Assembly (NCBI RefSeq): GCF_006345805.1
Contig: NC_043018.1
Location: 7,316,001-7,380,000 of the forward strand
Length of the DNA stretch: 64,000 nucleotides
Direction: 5' to 3'
Source: Octopus sinensis
Taxonomy: Eukaryota
Shown: positions 1-12,361 of the stretch, piece by piece
Layout of the letters: each line of letters opens with the position of its first letter
How positions within the stretch are numbered: position 1 is the stretch's first letter
Made by a program: the position numbers and the translations under genes
Notes under the pieces: generated by a model
What the model was told of the DNA's origin: nothing
The model's input: the letters and a program-made list of their open reading frames with translations, nothing else
Database searches by the model: none

Positions 1-425
1 GCTACGCATTTCGCCCGGCGTGCTAACGTTTCTGCTAGCTCACCGCCTAAATGACAATAATGATAATCCTTTCTACTATAGGCACAACGCCAGTAATTTT
101 AGGGGATTACAGTGACCCCAATACTCAGCTGGTATCGACCCCGAAGTCGACCTCAGGGAAATTTGAACTCAGAAATACCTCGTTTCATGCTCTGTGCAAA
201 CGATTCTGCCTGGTCTCTGCCTTAATCATAATAATAATAATAATAACGGTTTCAACATATGGCACAAAGCCCGATTGTATTGATCCCACTAGTCAACTGG
301 TACTTGTCTTATCAACCCCGAAAGGATAAAAGTTTGGTGGAATTGGAACTCAGAACGTAACGGCAGACGAAATACGGCTAAGCATTTCGCCTGGCGTGCT
401 AACGGTTCTGCCAGCTCACTGCCTT
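1..425 (-). mobile_element. Cluster of SINE family S2 fragments (tRNA-derived; head GGCGGCGAGCTGGCAGAAACGTTAGCACGCCGGGCG)
   Basis: Reverse complement of the S2 head at 1-48 and about 370-425; internal GACCCCGAAAGGATGAAAGG blocks; matches copies at 38216, 41625, 59469 and 63006. Confidence 0.85.
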
Positions 426-1139
426 CTTACCACACAGCGACACCTGCGCCAATTACATTGTACCACACAATGCTCCAATGCTCAATCCTACTCTACAACA
501 CTATAGTGCATCATACATTTGACACTGCAGCACTAATACTGACATTAAAAATTCATTATCCGGGGTTCCGTTCTGTGTCAATGTGGAAAGCCAGAGGGCA
601 ATATATTAGAAGAAACAAGCAAAAAACGATGTCAGTACAAAGTTTACATTTTAAAGGGAAACGCAAAGTTATTGATCTCCTGTTACCTGACTCCTTAGCG
701 AACAAACGTTTATTTTTTTTTTGCTTGAGGAAAGCCACCCCTTGAGGTGCAAATCATTGATTAACTTCAGCTTTTTCCTACTCCCTCTTTTCCGATACGC
801 AGTGATGAATAGCTACACATGCATATTCACCCCAACCCCTCTTCCATCCATTTACTTCACACATGTATGATGCCCTGTTTACACTATGCCCCCCCCCCTC
901 CACCACCAACATGTTTTTTTTTCACAACATACATCCTTACTCACATGAATCAATCCCTGCACAGTTTTTATTGTGTCAACATCACATTTGCTTACGCATA
1001 TATATTACTATGTTGCTATCACATTCACTCACACATACATGCTAGTATTCCAATGCCACACAAAATTACGCATACATGCTAATATGCAAAACATTACACA
1101 TGCTATTGTATCAATATTGAGCTGTCTACACATAGAAAG

Positions 1140-1635
1140 GTGCATGGCTCAGTGATTAGAGCATGAGGCTCACAATCATAAGGTTGTGAGTTCGATTCCT
1201 GGACCGGGTTCTGTGTTGTGTTCTTGAGCAAGCCACTTTATTTCATGCTGCTTCAGTTCACTCAGCTGTAGAAATGAGTTGTGATGTCACTGGTGCCAAG
1301 CTGTATTGGCCCCTTTGCCTTTCCCTTGGGTAACATCAGTGGTGTGGAGATGCCGGTATGTGTGGGCAACTGCTGGGCTTTCACAAACAACCTTACCCAG
1401 ACTTGTGCCTCGGAGAGGAACATTTTAGGTGCAATCCCATGGTCCTTTATGACCGAAGGGGGTCTTTACCCTTTACCCTAAGTACATATAATGGTGTGGA
1501 GAGGGGAAGCTGGTATGCATGGGAGACTGCTGGTCTTCCATAAACAACTTTGCCCAGACTTGTGCCTCAGAGAGGAACTTTCTAGATGCAGTCCCATGAT
1601 TATTCATGACTGAAAGGGGTCTTTACCCTTTACTC
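1140..1635 (+). mobile_element. SINE family S3 copy with duplicated 3' segment
   Basis: Head CATGGCTCAGTGATTAGAGC...GGTTGTGAGTTCGATTCC (Pol III A/B box-like); about 140-bp direct repeat at 1338-1475 and 1490-1634. Confidence 0.75.
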
Positions 1636-1849
1636 ACCTGTTATATTTATTACACATATGTACTATTTTCAAGCATATATCTAAGGCATACATCTATATT
1701 CCTATGTGTGCATTGAGAAATTTTTCCACTCTTTCATATTCTTGTGGCGCAACTTCTCCCATGCAACTCATATGTTCAATGACCATTGAAGAGGTTGCAA
1801 GAAGCAATGAAAATTTTAGAAAGAATGAATAAGTATATGAGTGTGTATA

Positions 1850-2240
1850 GGTGTAGAAGTGGCTGTGTGGTAAGTAGCTTGCTTACCATCCACATGGTTC
1901 CGGGTTCAGTCTCACTGTGTGGCACCTTGGGCAAGTGTCTTCTACTATAGCATCTAGCCAACCAAAGCTTTGTGAGTAGATTTGGTAGATGGAAACTGAA
2001 AGAAGCCCATCGTATATATGTATGTGTGTATATGTTTGCGTGTCTGTGTTTGTCCCCCCAACATCGCTTGACAATCGATGCTGGTGTGTTTACATCCCCG
2101 TAACTTAGCAGTTCGGCAAAAGACACTGATAGAATAAGTACTAGGCTTCCAAAGAATAAGAGCCGGGTGTCGATTTTCTCACCTAAAGGCGGTGCTCCAG
2201 CATGGCCACAGTCAAATGACTGAAACAAGTAAAAGAGTAA
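1850..2240 (+). mobile_element. SINE family S1 (tRNA-derived, about 400 bp, central microsatellite)
   Basis: Head GTGGCTGTGTGGTAAGTAGCTTGCTTACC..GGTTCCGGGTTCAGTC; tail GTCAAATGACTGAAACAAGTAAAAGAG; more than 20 copies in the window. Confidence 0.9.
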
Positions 2241-2329
2241 AAAAAGAAAAGAGTGGAAATCGAACCAGTGAGTGTGTTAATTAATAAGGCATTAAAACAG
2301 AATGACTTTCCCTAGACACAATAAAATAT

Positions 2330-2720
2330 ACGTGTGTGTGTTTGCATGAATGTTTGTGTGTGTGTGTGTGTATCTATATATAGTATATCTATGCAAACAC
2401 ACACACACATAAGGGTGTGCATGTGTATGAGTGAGAGTATACTATACACATGTATGATGTATTGCACACACCTACACACGCAGTAGTTGTATATTTATAG
2501 GAAATATTTTATTGATTGAAGTGCAATATAGAATATCAATCATTACAATCTGTATTTTCTCAACAGATTTGATAAGATATGCATGCATGTGTGTATGTAT
2601 ATATATATAAATGTACATACACACATACACATTTGCAGCTGTGTGTGTGAATGTGTGTATTTGTATATATATATGTATATATACGTATATAAACATCATT
2701 ATCATCATCACGATATGTAT

Positions 2721-2753
<33 letters not shown>

Positions 2754-2914
2754 GACTATACTCACACATATATAAAAACACTTGTACACACATATATAAA
2801 TATTTTCCTATATATTTAACATATATATATATATGTCTGTATATATATATATATATATAAATGTACATACATTCATACATATGTATGTATACACACATTT
2901 GCATCTATGTATGA

Positions 2915-3012
<98 letters not shown>

Positions 3013-3100
3013 ATATATTAACATCATCATCACAATATGTATATACATATATGACTATACTCACACATATATAAATATTTTCCTATATATTACATATATA

Positions 3101-3134
<34 letters not shown>

Positions 3135-3250
3135 CATTGTGTGTGTGTGTGTATATATATATAGAGAGAGAGAGGGAGAGAGAGAGAGCAGGAGAAAGAG
3201 ATATGTACAAATACATACATGCGCATACATATACAAACACATGGGCACAC
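2330..3250. repeat. Compound (TA)n/(CA)n/(GA)n microsatellite tract
   Basis: Directly visible dinucleotide runs. Confidence 0.95.
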
Positions 3251-3264
3251 GTGCTCCCACACTG

Positions 3265-3430
3265 GTAAACGTTAAAATGAAATATTTAGATTTCAAAATT
3301 ATTCTATGATTAACCACTTTAAAGATTAACAACATTTGCAGGTTGTACACAGAACAAAGATTCAAATTTATTTTCAAGATCAAATTTGTTGGTATATTTT
3401 AGCTGATCAAAAAAACTCTGCAATGTCTAT
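3265..3430 (+). pseudogene. Possible degenerate C-terminus of a PLE GIY-YIG endonuclease ORF
   Basis: Translation NVKMKYLDFKIIL*LTTLKINNICRLYTEQRFKFI resembles the PLE WxIL..CRLCxEEK region; lies just upstream of an HHR-like motif. Confidence 0.35.
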
Positions 3431-3431
3431 C

Positions 3432-3534
3432 TTGTCCTGAAGATCTTCCACCCAGGGTACTCAAAATGCAAACTTAGATTCTTATATATGTTTTGTAATT
3501 TAAATTGGGTGTGAAATGAAACAATTGTAGGCAA
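3432..3534 (+). ncRNA. Type I hammerhead-like motif with long stem II (degenerate)
   Basis: UUGUC-CUGAAGA-...CACCCAG...UUGGGUG...-GAAAC-AAUU-GUA-GGCAA; the base of stem II is mismatched. Confidence 0.6.
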
Positions 3535-3729
3535 ATTTGATTAATTAATAAATTAATTTATATCTATTAAATCTCTCCATTTTCAAACTTATACAAGATC
3601 ACCAGCCCTCTTTCACACGCATATATGTGCTCTCTTACACACATGTGCACCTTCGTTTTGGGATCACTACTACTTTGTTATCTCCCCTACTTCTTACCAC
3701 TCCTGTGTGACCCTTCTGTCCGGCATTCG

Positions 3730-3935
3730 CCATGATAGATCGCTAGCCACTACACACATTTTTTTCTCTCCTTGTTTCTCTCCTTGTTTCTTTCTGTGTT
3801 CCTTTCTGTGGAAGAGCGTAGGCTCGAAACGTTAAAGACTTTTTCAATTCCCGTGCGTTATACTAATACATCTGTTTGTTGTCTACACCACATGTCTTCG
3901 CCTTTTGTTGTTTTGTAAATTCTCCCTATATATAT
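3730..3935 (+). mobile_element. Short repeat family A (PLE-like 3' end) with HHR-like motif at 3802-3837
   Basis: CUUU-CUGUGGA-A-GAGC-GUAG-GCUC-GAAAC-GUU-AAAG; other copies at 5185-5455, 35835-36010, 44785-44965 and 47360-47560. Confidence 0.7.
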
Positions 3936-3939
3936 ATAT

Positions 3940-4265
3940 CATCATCATCATTTAAAGTCCACTTTCCATGCTGGCATGGGTTGGATGGTTTGACTGAGGA
4001 ATGGCAAGCCAGGAGGCTGCACCAGGCTCCAATCTGATCTGGCAATGTTTCTACAGCTGGATGCCCTTCCTAACACCAACCACTCCGTGAGTGTAGTGGG
4101 TGGTTTTTATGTGCCATTGGTGTGGGGGTCAGTCAGGTGGTGCTGGTATCAACCACGCTCAAATGGTGCTTTTTACATGGCACTAGCATGGGAGCCAATC
4201 AGGCGGCACTGGCAGAGACCACCGTTGAATGGTGCTTTTTATGTCACTGGCATGGGAGCCACATA
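3940..4265 (-). mobile_element. Repeat family R (RTE-like 3' tail ending in (TGA)n; internal tandem units)
   Basis: CATCATCATTTAA..TCCACTTTCCATGCTGGCATGGG..GCTGGATGCCCTTCCTAAC. Confidence 0.8.
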
Positions 4266-4319
4266 GAAATATAGAAATATATATGGCCACATGCATGGGT
4301 GCCATATGTATGTATATAT

Positions 4320-4683
4320 ATTTGACTGCGGCCATGCTGGAGCACCACCTTTATAGTCGAGCAAATCGACCCCAGAGCTTATTCTTTGTAAGAATAAGTA
4401 CTTATTCTATCGGTCTCTTTTGGAGAACTGCTAAGGTACAGGAACGTAAACACACCAGCATCGGTTATCAAGCGATGTTGGGGGGACAAACACAAACACA
4501 CACACGCACATATATACATATACGAGGGGCTTCTTCCCGTTTCCATCTACCAAATCCACTCACAAGGCTTTGGTCAGCCCGAGGCTATAGTAGAAGACAC
4601 TTGCCCAAGGTGCCACGCATTGGGACTGAACCCAGGACCATGTGGTTGGTAAGCAAACTACTTACCACACAGCCACTCCTGCA

Positions 4684-4719
<36 letters not shown>

Positions 4720-5150
4720 CACACACACACACATAGGCACAGGCATGGCTGTGTAGTAAGAAGCTTGTTTCCCAACGATATACTTCTGGGTTCAGTCCCA
4801 CTTTGTGGCACCTTGGCTAAGTCTCTTCTACTATAGCTGCAGGCTGATCAAAACCTTGTGAGTGGATTTAGTAGACAGAAACTGAAAAACATCTCTCTCT
4901 ATATATATGTATGTATGTGTGTGTCCTTGTGTCTGTGTTTGTCCCCCACCACTACTTGACAACCATTGTTGGTACATTTATGTCCCTGTAACATTAGTGG
5001 TTCAGCAAAAGAGACCACCAGGATAAGTACCAGACTTAAAAGAATAAGTACTGGAGTTGATTCATTCAACTAAAACTTCTTTGAGGAGGTGCTCCAGCAT
5101 GCCCACAGTCTAACAACTGAAACAAGTGAAAGATAAAAGATAAAAGATAA
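4320..5150. mobile_element. Two S1 SINEs head-to-head (4320-4685 minus; 4738-5150 plus)
   Basis: Reverse-complement head ends at CCACACAGCCACTCCTG (about 4685); forward head starts at about 4738. Confidence 0.85.
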
Positions 5151-5184
5151 AAAGTATATATGTATGTATGTGTATATACATGTA

Positions 5185-5575
<391 letters not shown>

Positions 5576-5654
5576 GTATGTATGTGTGTGTCTATATATG
5601 TATGCATATATGTATGTATGTGTGTGTGTGTGTATATATATATTCCTTTATTCT

Positions 5655-5868
5655 TTTGATCTTTTACTTGTTCAGTCATTTGTCTGTAGCCATGCAGGAA
5701 CACCACCTTTAGTCAAAGGAATCGACCCAGGACTTATCTTCTCTTTAAGCCTGCTACTTATTCTATCAGTCTCTTTTGCCAAACCACCGAGTTTTGGGGA
5801 CATAAATACACCAAGATTATTTGTCAAGCAATTGTGGAAGGGACAATCACAGACACACACACACATAA

Positions 5869-5899
<31 letters not shown>

Positions 5900-6025
5900 T
5901 ATCATCATCATCATCATCATCATTTAGCATCCGCTTTCCATGCTGGCATGGGTTGGACGGTTCAACTGAGGTCTGTGAAGCCAGAAGGCTGCATCAGGCC
6001 CAGTCTGATCTGGCAGTGTTTCTGT
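5655..6025 (-). mobile_element. Partial S1 SINE (5655-5850) plus R-family tail (5900-6025)
   Basis: Matches the family sequences seen elsewhere in the window. Confidence 0.8.
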
Positions 6026-6039
6026 ATATATATATATAT

Positions 6040-6228
6040 ATATTTTGCAATTAAGGACAACTACTTAATAAGGAAAACTTAACAAGAAATTGTCAGGTAG
6101 ATAGCGTAAAAACCTCATAAGAGAAAAAATTTCGAAAATAATTATTTCTTATTGAACATATTAATTTATATATAGAGGGCATAATTATACATGTATAATG
6201 TATGTATGTATAATTATGCCCTCTATAT

Positions 6229-6235
<7 letters not shown>
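6040..6235. mobile_element. Terminal fragment of the 46669-47340 element family, ending in a hairpin
   Basis: 6040-6180 is the reverse complement of about 47200-47340; ATATAGAGGGCATAATTATAC...GTATAATTATGCCCTCTATAT forms a palindrome. Confidence 0.8.
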
Positions 6236-6265
<30 letters not shown>

Positions 6266-6479
6266 GATGTGGTTTTGTTTCTATATTTCTTGCCAATTTT
6301 AACATTAATAGTTTACCTATCCATGTATGTGTATATACAGCTTAGAATTCAAGCATAAGTTCCTGAGATCAAATAAAGTGTATATTTTGCAATTATCTAT
6401 ATTAGCATTGTATCTTTGATTTATCCTGTTTATATAGGTGTAAGTTCCTCGAGAGATTACACATGAAATTTCACAATTT

Positions 6480-6918
6480 AAATTGTTGTTTGTATAAGTA
6501 ATGGAGGGAAAGTTTCTTCCTTAATATTCAAAATGTTGACTGTTGAAATAATGTTTATTTCACTGTAACATAGGGATTGCATCTCCTGTCTTATCCCTTA
6601 TATTTTCTGGCCTTAGCTACAATGCCCCAGTTTTTTTTGGGTTGATACACTCCAATCTTTAAGGCTCAAGACTATATTAGTCAAAGATGTTGCATGTCTT
6701 TTATTTTCATCCCGAAATTAAGCCAAGTTCTGTGTGTATTTTTTTTTTAAGATATTTCCAGTCATTCCAATATAACCTCTTGTGGCCTCATCTATGTCAG
6801 TGATATTGGTCATGTAAATCATTTCTTTTTCTAGACAAATATTGTTCAGAGGGCAGTTATTGGAGAATATACAATTACAAGATCTACGTGGAATGTTGTT
6901 ATTGTCATTGAAGATCAT
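6480..6918 (-). pseudogene. Penelope-like element GIY-YIG endonuclease fragment
   Basis: CNCIFSNNCPLNNICLEKEMIY...GYIGMTGN, then FRDENKRHATSL: Cys-rich linker plus IY..YIG motif of PLEs, with frameshifts and stops. Confidence 0.85.
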
Positions 6919-6934
6919 TGGGACTATGTTACTG

Positions 6935-7392
6935 AGATGGAGGCATGTGGTTTTGTGGTTAGGGTATTAGAATCATGGTTGTAAGATTGTGGCTTTGATT
7001 CCTGGACTAGGCAACACATTGTGTTCTTGAGCAAAACACTTCACTACACATTACTCCACTCCACTCAGCTGGCAAAAATGAGTAATCCAGTGATAGACCA
7101 GTATTCCATCTGGGTGGGGAATTTATATCATGGAAATTGGGAAACTGGCCCTTATGAGCTGGCATGACTCGTGAAGGTAGCATATATTGTTGAGGCTAAT
7201 TTTAACCATGTTTCTATTAAAGATCTTATGAGGTGCAGGAGTGGTTGTGTGGTAAGTAGCTTGTTTACCAACCACATGGTTCCGGGTTCAGTCCCACTGT
7301 GTGGCACCTTGGGCAAGTGTCTTCTACTATAGCCTCGGGCTGACCAAAGCCTTGTGAGTGGATTTGGTAGACGGAAACTGAAAGAAATCCGT

Positions 7393-7433
<41 letters not shown>

Positions 7434-7645
7434 GTGTGTTTGTGTGTCTGTGTTTGTCCCCCTAGCATTGCTTGACAACCGATGCTGGTGTGTTCATGTC
7501 CCCGTTACTTAGCGGTTCGGCAAAAGAGACCGATAGAATAAGTACTGGGCTTACAAAAGAATAAGTTCCAGGGTCGAGTTGCTCGATTAAAGGCGGTGCT
7601 GCAGCATGGCCGCAGTCAAATGACTGAAACAAGTAAAAGAGTAGA
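6935..7645 (+). mobile_element. S3 SINE (6935-7185) followed by S1 SINE (7232-7645)
   Basis: Both heads and tails are recognisable. Confidence 0.85.
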
Positions 7646-7769
7646 TTGATGTGAGCATGGAAAGTGGGTGTCTGTAAGTTTCAGAAATCACCTGGCTATG
7701 TTTATAGCCATGTACATGTTGTATGGGAGGTTGTGCCACAAAAATGTTCTTACAGTTACATCTTTTTCA

Positions 7770-8260
7770 TCATCATCATCATCATCATTTAACGTCCGCT
7801 TTACATGCTAGCATGGGTTGGACGGTTCAACTGGGGTCTGGGGAGCCCGAAGGCTGCACCAGGCCAGTCAGATCTGGCAGTGTTTCTACAGCTGGATGCC
7901 CTTCCTAACGCCAACCACTCCGAGAGTGTAGTGGGTGATTTTATGTGCCACCGACACAGGTGCCAGACGAGGCTGGCGAACGGCCACGCTCGGATGGTGT
8001 TTTTTATGTGCCACCGACACAGGTGCCAGACGAGGCTGGCAGATGGCCACGCTCGGATGGTGTTTTTATGTGCCACCGACACAGGTGCCAGATGAGGCTG
8101 GCGAATGGCCACGATCGGATGGTGTTTGTTACGTGCCCACAGCACAGAGGCCAGTCGATGCGGTACTGGCTACGGCCACGTTCGGATGGTTTTCTTGTGT
8201 GCCACCGGCACTGGTACCACAAAGATACAAATTCCATTGATGTTCATCTATTTTGATTTG
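7770..8260 (-). mobile_element. R-family element with about 4.5 internal units of 62-66 bp
   Basis: Unit ATGTGCCACCGACACAGGTGCCAGACGAGGCTGGC..GGCCACGCTCGGATGGTG starts at 7943, 8006, 8068, 8131 and 8197. Confidence 0.85.
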
Positions 8261-8836
8261 TTTTGATTTTCACTTGCCTCAACAGGTCTTCACAAGTGTC
8301 ACAAGAAGGAAGGTATGCACAGGTGGACTGACTACGTCCCAGGTAGGGGCCACGGGTTATGGCCTGACTAGTCTTGCCGGGTCTTCGGATGGTGTTTTTG
8401 GCCTTAATTATTGATTGTGGTGGGTTAGAGCCTCTGTTGATGCATTACAGTTTGTAGAAATGTTTATTTTTGCTGTTCTAAAGTTCATATTTATATCTCA
8501 GAAACAAACCCAAAGATTAGTGTGAACTCTAACTTGTAAGCTGAGGTGCATTAAATATCTTGCATGAACTTTTTTTCGTATCTTATCCATATCACGGCCT
8601 TCCATATTATGGCATCTGTTTCCTCAATGACATTTTCAAATTACTAATGTTTCCTTCACAACATCGCTTCCCATATATGTATGTATGCTTCTAGGTGTTC
8701 CTGTATGTGTATGTATGTAGATGTGTGTTTAAATATGTAGGTGTGTCTGTATGTACGTCGGTACACGTATATACATGAATATAATATATATATATAAAAT
8801 TAAATAATGGGGATAGAAATTAATATTATTAAATAA

Positions 8837-9666
8837 TCTTTATATATATAAAACTGAGAGTGTGTGTCTGTCTGTCTGTCTGTGTGTTTCCCTAAAACTT
8901 GAGAACTACACAACCAATTTCATTCAAATTTTAACTTTTTGCCCAGGGCAAGCCCACAACAATATCATATCCTCTCCACTACGATTCCCTAAAACTTGAG
9001 AACTACACAACCAATTTCATTCAAATTTTACACATGCCTTACTTAGGGTCCATGTAGTTTCATGGCCAAAAAAAATATGTTCAACTTCTTGCCTAGAGCG
9101 AGCCCATAGCAATATCATATCTTCTCCATAATTTCAGTATTACGTGTTAAAAGTGAAACAAAAACCTTTCTCTATTTTTATGTCAGATACTTTCACTTTA
9201 ACAATAAAAATAATAATAACAATTGAATTATATGTAGTAAGTAATAATTAAAATCAAACTAAAGTATAATATAATCGTAACATAACAAAAGTAAAAATAG
9301 CAATTGGTATAAAATTGCATCAATGATTTGAACATGAATAAGTAGTTTCACACGAATGGGAATAAATTAAAAATATAATTAGCATGCAGAAATGGAATAG
9401 TCCAGACGGATAATAAAAAATTAAATTAAAGAAAAGACTATTGTCTATAAAGTATACAATGTAGAGAAAAAAGAAGAGCTAATAATTCCAGTCTGTTATA
9501 TATTTTGAGTATTGTTATCACTAGCGATATCAAGATATAACTTTGTATTTTGCATTTTATGTGTAGATGTATATATATAGATGTACATGTAATATGTACA
9601 CATATATATACATATATATACATGCACTAGCACTATGACCCGGCAACGACGGGTCTTTAATGCTAG
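8837..9666 (+). mobile_element. Non-autonomous Helitron, apparently full length (830 bp)
   Basis: 5' TC at 8837 after A; TCTTTATATATATAAAACTGAGAGTGTGTGTCTGTCTG start; 3' hairpin GACCCG-GCAACGA-CGGGTC (9637-9655) then CTAG (9663-9666) followed by T; A/T target. Confidence 0.85.
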
Positions 9667-9952
9667 TACTAATTTAAACCAGTAGCCAGCATACTTTAAA
9701 AATGTCTAAGGGCTATGGTGGTCTTAACTCTTACACACACACACACATACATACATACATATATATATATATATCTATATATATATATATATTATATTAA
9801 ATTAGAGATAAAACCACTATTAGGCAAATCATACATTGAAAAACTTAAGCCAATACATAAGATTAATTAATTTATATTATTTTAAATATATATTGAAATT
9901 ATTAAAAAAAAAAAGTTCATTGATTAAACCTCGCCAAGTTAAATATTTCAAT

Positions 9953-10014
9953 CACCTGAAGAATGACTGTAACTCGAATTTTATGAATTGGACAGCCATG
10001 AAACGATCGTAGTG
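9953..10014 (+). ncRNA. Type I hammerhead motif, canonical core, in the loop of a long inverted repeat (second copy about 10973-11034)
   Basis: CAC-CUGAAGA-AUGACUGU...ACAGCCAU-GAAAC-GAUC-GUA-GUG; predicted cleavage after 10011 (and 11031). Confidence 0.7.
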
Positions 10015-10225
10015 TTATACTAATTATCTTTTTTTAATAATTTTGATATATATTTAAAATAATATAAATTAATTAATCTTATGTATTGGCTTAAGTTTTT
10101 CATTGTATGATTTGCCTAATAGTGGTTTTATCTCTAATTTAATATAATATAATATTTTACTATAAAATTGGATTCAATCCTAAATCTGATTTTTCCCTGT
10201 AAGTTTGGATTTATTCCCTAATATT

Positions 10226-10256
<31 letters not shown>

Positions 10257-10316
10257 TCACATATATTGGAGTTTCTTACATCGGTTAAAATGTCTAATTA
10301 GTGAGCACTGTTGTTT

Positions 10317-10409
10317 ATATCCTCCCTGATAAGATTGATGCATTGCTCCACATTATCATCCTGTTGGCTTTATTTTGAATGCATCCATCGAAACATATGT
10401 CGATGATAT
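10317..10409 (+). ncRNA. Hammerhead-like motif with G8A (second copy about 11336-11426, more degenerate)
   Basis: AUAUCCUC-C-CUGAUAA-GAUUGAUGCAUU...AAUGCAUCCAUC-GAAAC-AUAU-GUC-GAUGAUAU; stem II pairs at 11 of 12 positions. Confidence 0.65.
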
Positions 10410-10603
10410 GAAAATATAAATGTTTTAATAACATCTTGAGCGTTTCTCCTCATTTTCAATTTTTTGTATGTTCTCCTAAATACGTCACGGTCCTCCCTGG
10501 AATTAACTCCCACACAAGTGTGATCACTGACTCTTAGGACACTTATGCAACATCTGGCTACCTAGTAATCATTCCCATGGATCTTTCCTATAAATTGAAC
10601 ATT

Positions 10604-10641
<38 letters not shown>

Positions 10642-11781
10642 CATGCATATATCTATACATATATATACATAATATGTATATAAATATATATATGTATTTA
10701 CATATATATGTACATATAGATATAATATATGTATATAAATATATAATATATATAGATATGATATATATATAATATATATATATATATATTATATATATAT
10801 ATATATATATATTATATTAAATTAGAGAAAAACCACTATTAGGCAAATCATACATTGAAAAACTTAAGCCAATACATAAGATTAATTAATTTATATTATT
10901 TTAAATATATATTGAAATTATTAAAAAAAAAAAAGTTCATTGATTAAACCTCGCCAAGTTAAATATTTCAATCAACTGAAGAATGACTGTAACTCGAATT
11001 TTATGAATTGGACAGCCATGAAACGATCGTAGTGTTATACTAATTATCTTTTTAATAATTTTGATATATATTTAAAATAATATAAATTAATTAATCTTAT
11101 GTATTGGCTTAAGTTTTTCATTGTATGATTTGCCTAATAGTGGTTTTATCTCTAATTTAATAAAATAATATTTTACTATAAAATTGGATTCAATCCTAAA
11201 TCTGATTTTTCCCTGTAAGTTTGGATTTATTCCCTAATATTTTATTATTATATATATATATATATATACACACATCACATATATTGGAGTTTCTTACATC
11301 GGTTTAAAATGTCTAATTAGTGAGCACTGTTGTTTATATCCTCCCTGAAAGATTGATGCATTGCTCCACATTATCATCCTGTTGGCTTTATTTTGAATGC
11401 ATCCATCGAACATATGTCGATGATATGAAAATATAAATGTTTTAATAACATCTTGAGCGTTCTCCTCATTTTCAATTTTTGGTATGTTCTCCTAAATACG
11501 TCACGGTCCTCCCTGGAATAACTCCCACACAAGTGTGATCACTGACTCTTAGGACACTTATGCAACATCTGGCTACTAGTAATCATTCCCATGGATCTTT
11601 CCTATAAATGAACATTCATATATACAACACACACACACACACACACACATATATACATGCATATATCTATACATATATATACATAATATGTATATAAATA
11701 TAGTATAGATTTACATATATATGGACATATAGATATAATATATGTATATAAATATATATATATATATAGATATGATATATA

Positions 11782-11820
<39 letters not shown>

Positions 11821-12361
11821 ATATATATATATACATATATATTGTGTGTATATATATCATGTATATGTATATCATGTATATGTATATATCATGTATATAT
11901 ATATACCATGTGTATATATAATGTTTATGTTATATCTATATTTATATTAATATATGCGTATGTATATATGTATGTTAGTATATATATTTATTTGAATATA
12001 TATAAATATATATATACATACATACATAGGTATATATGTGTGCATTATGCAGTCATGCACACACACACACTACACTCACATTTTCCTTTAATGTTTCAGC
12101 AAGCTCATAACCGTGTGTGGATTATAAATGCGTATCATATGCACATAGGTACATATACGTACACACACATATACACACATGATATATATGAAAGAGGAAC
12201 CTTGTGCTGACATATATATTTATGGTTTTTCATAAATCCTAAGAAAATACATTTATCTTAATTATGTTTGCGTGAATGTGAATGCATATGTGTGTGCACA
12301 TGTATTGTATGGTTGAGTGTGTGTGTGTGTGTGTGTGCTTTTTAAAAAAACCTTAGCTGTA

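Larger units (their letters stand above)
9791..11830. repeat. Tandem duplication with a 1020-bp period; each unit has about 120-bp inverted arms and two HHR-like motifs
   Basis: 9791-10810 matches 10811-11830; differences are mostly single-base indels. Confidence 0.9.

Noticed and set aside
7940-8220. CRISPR-like regular repeats
   Set aside because: Contiguous tandem units with no unique spacers, inside a eukaryotic retroelement, and no cas genes
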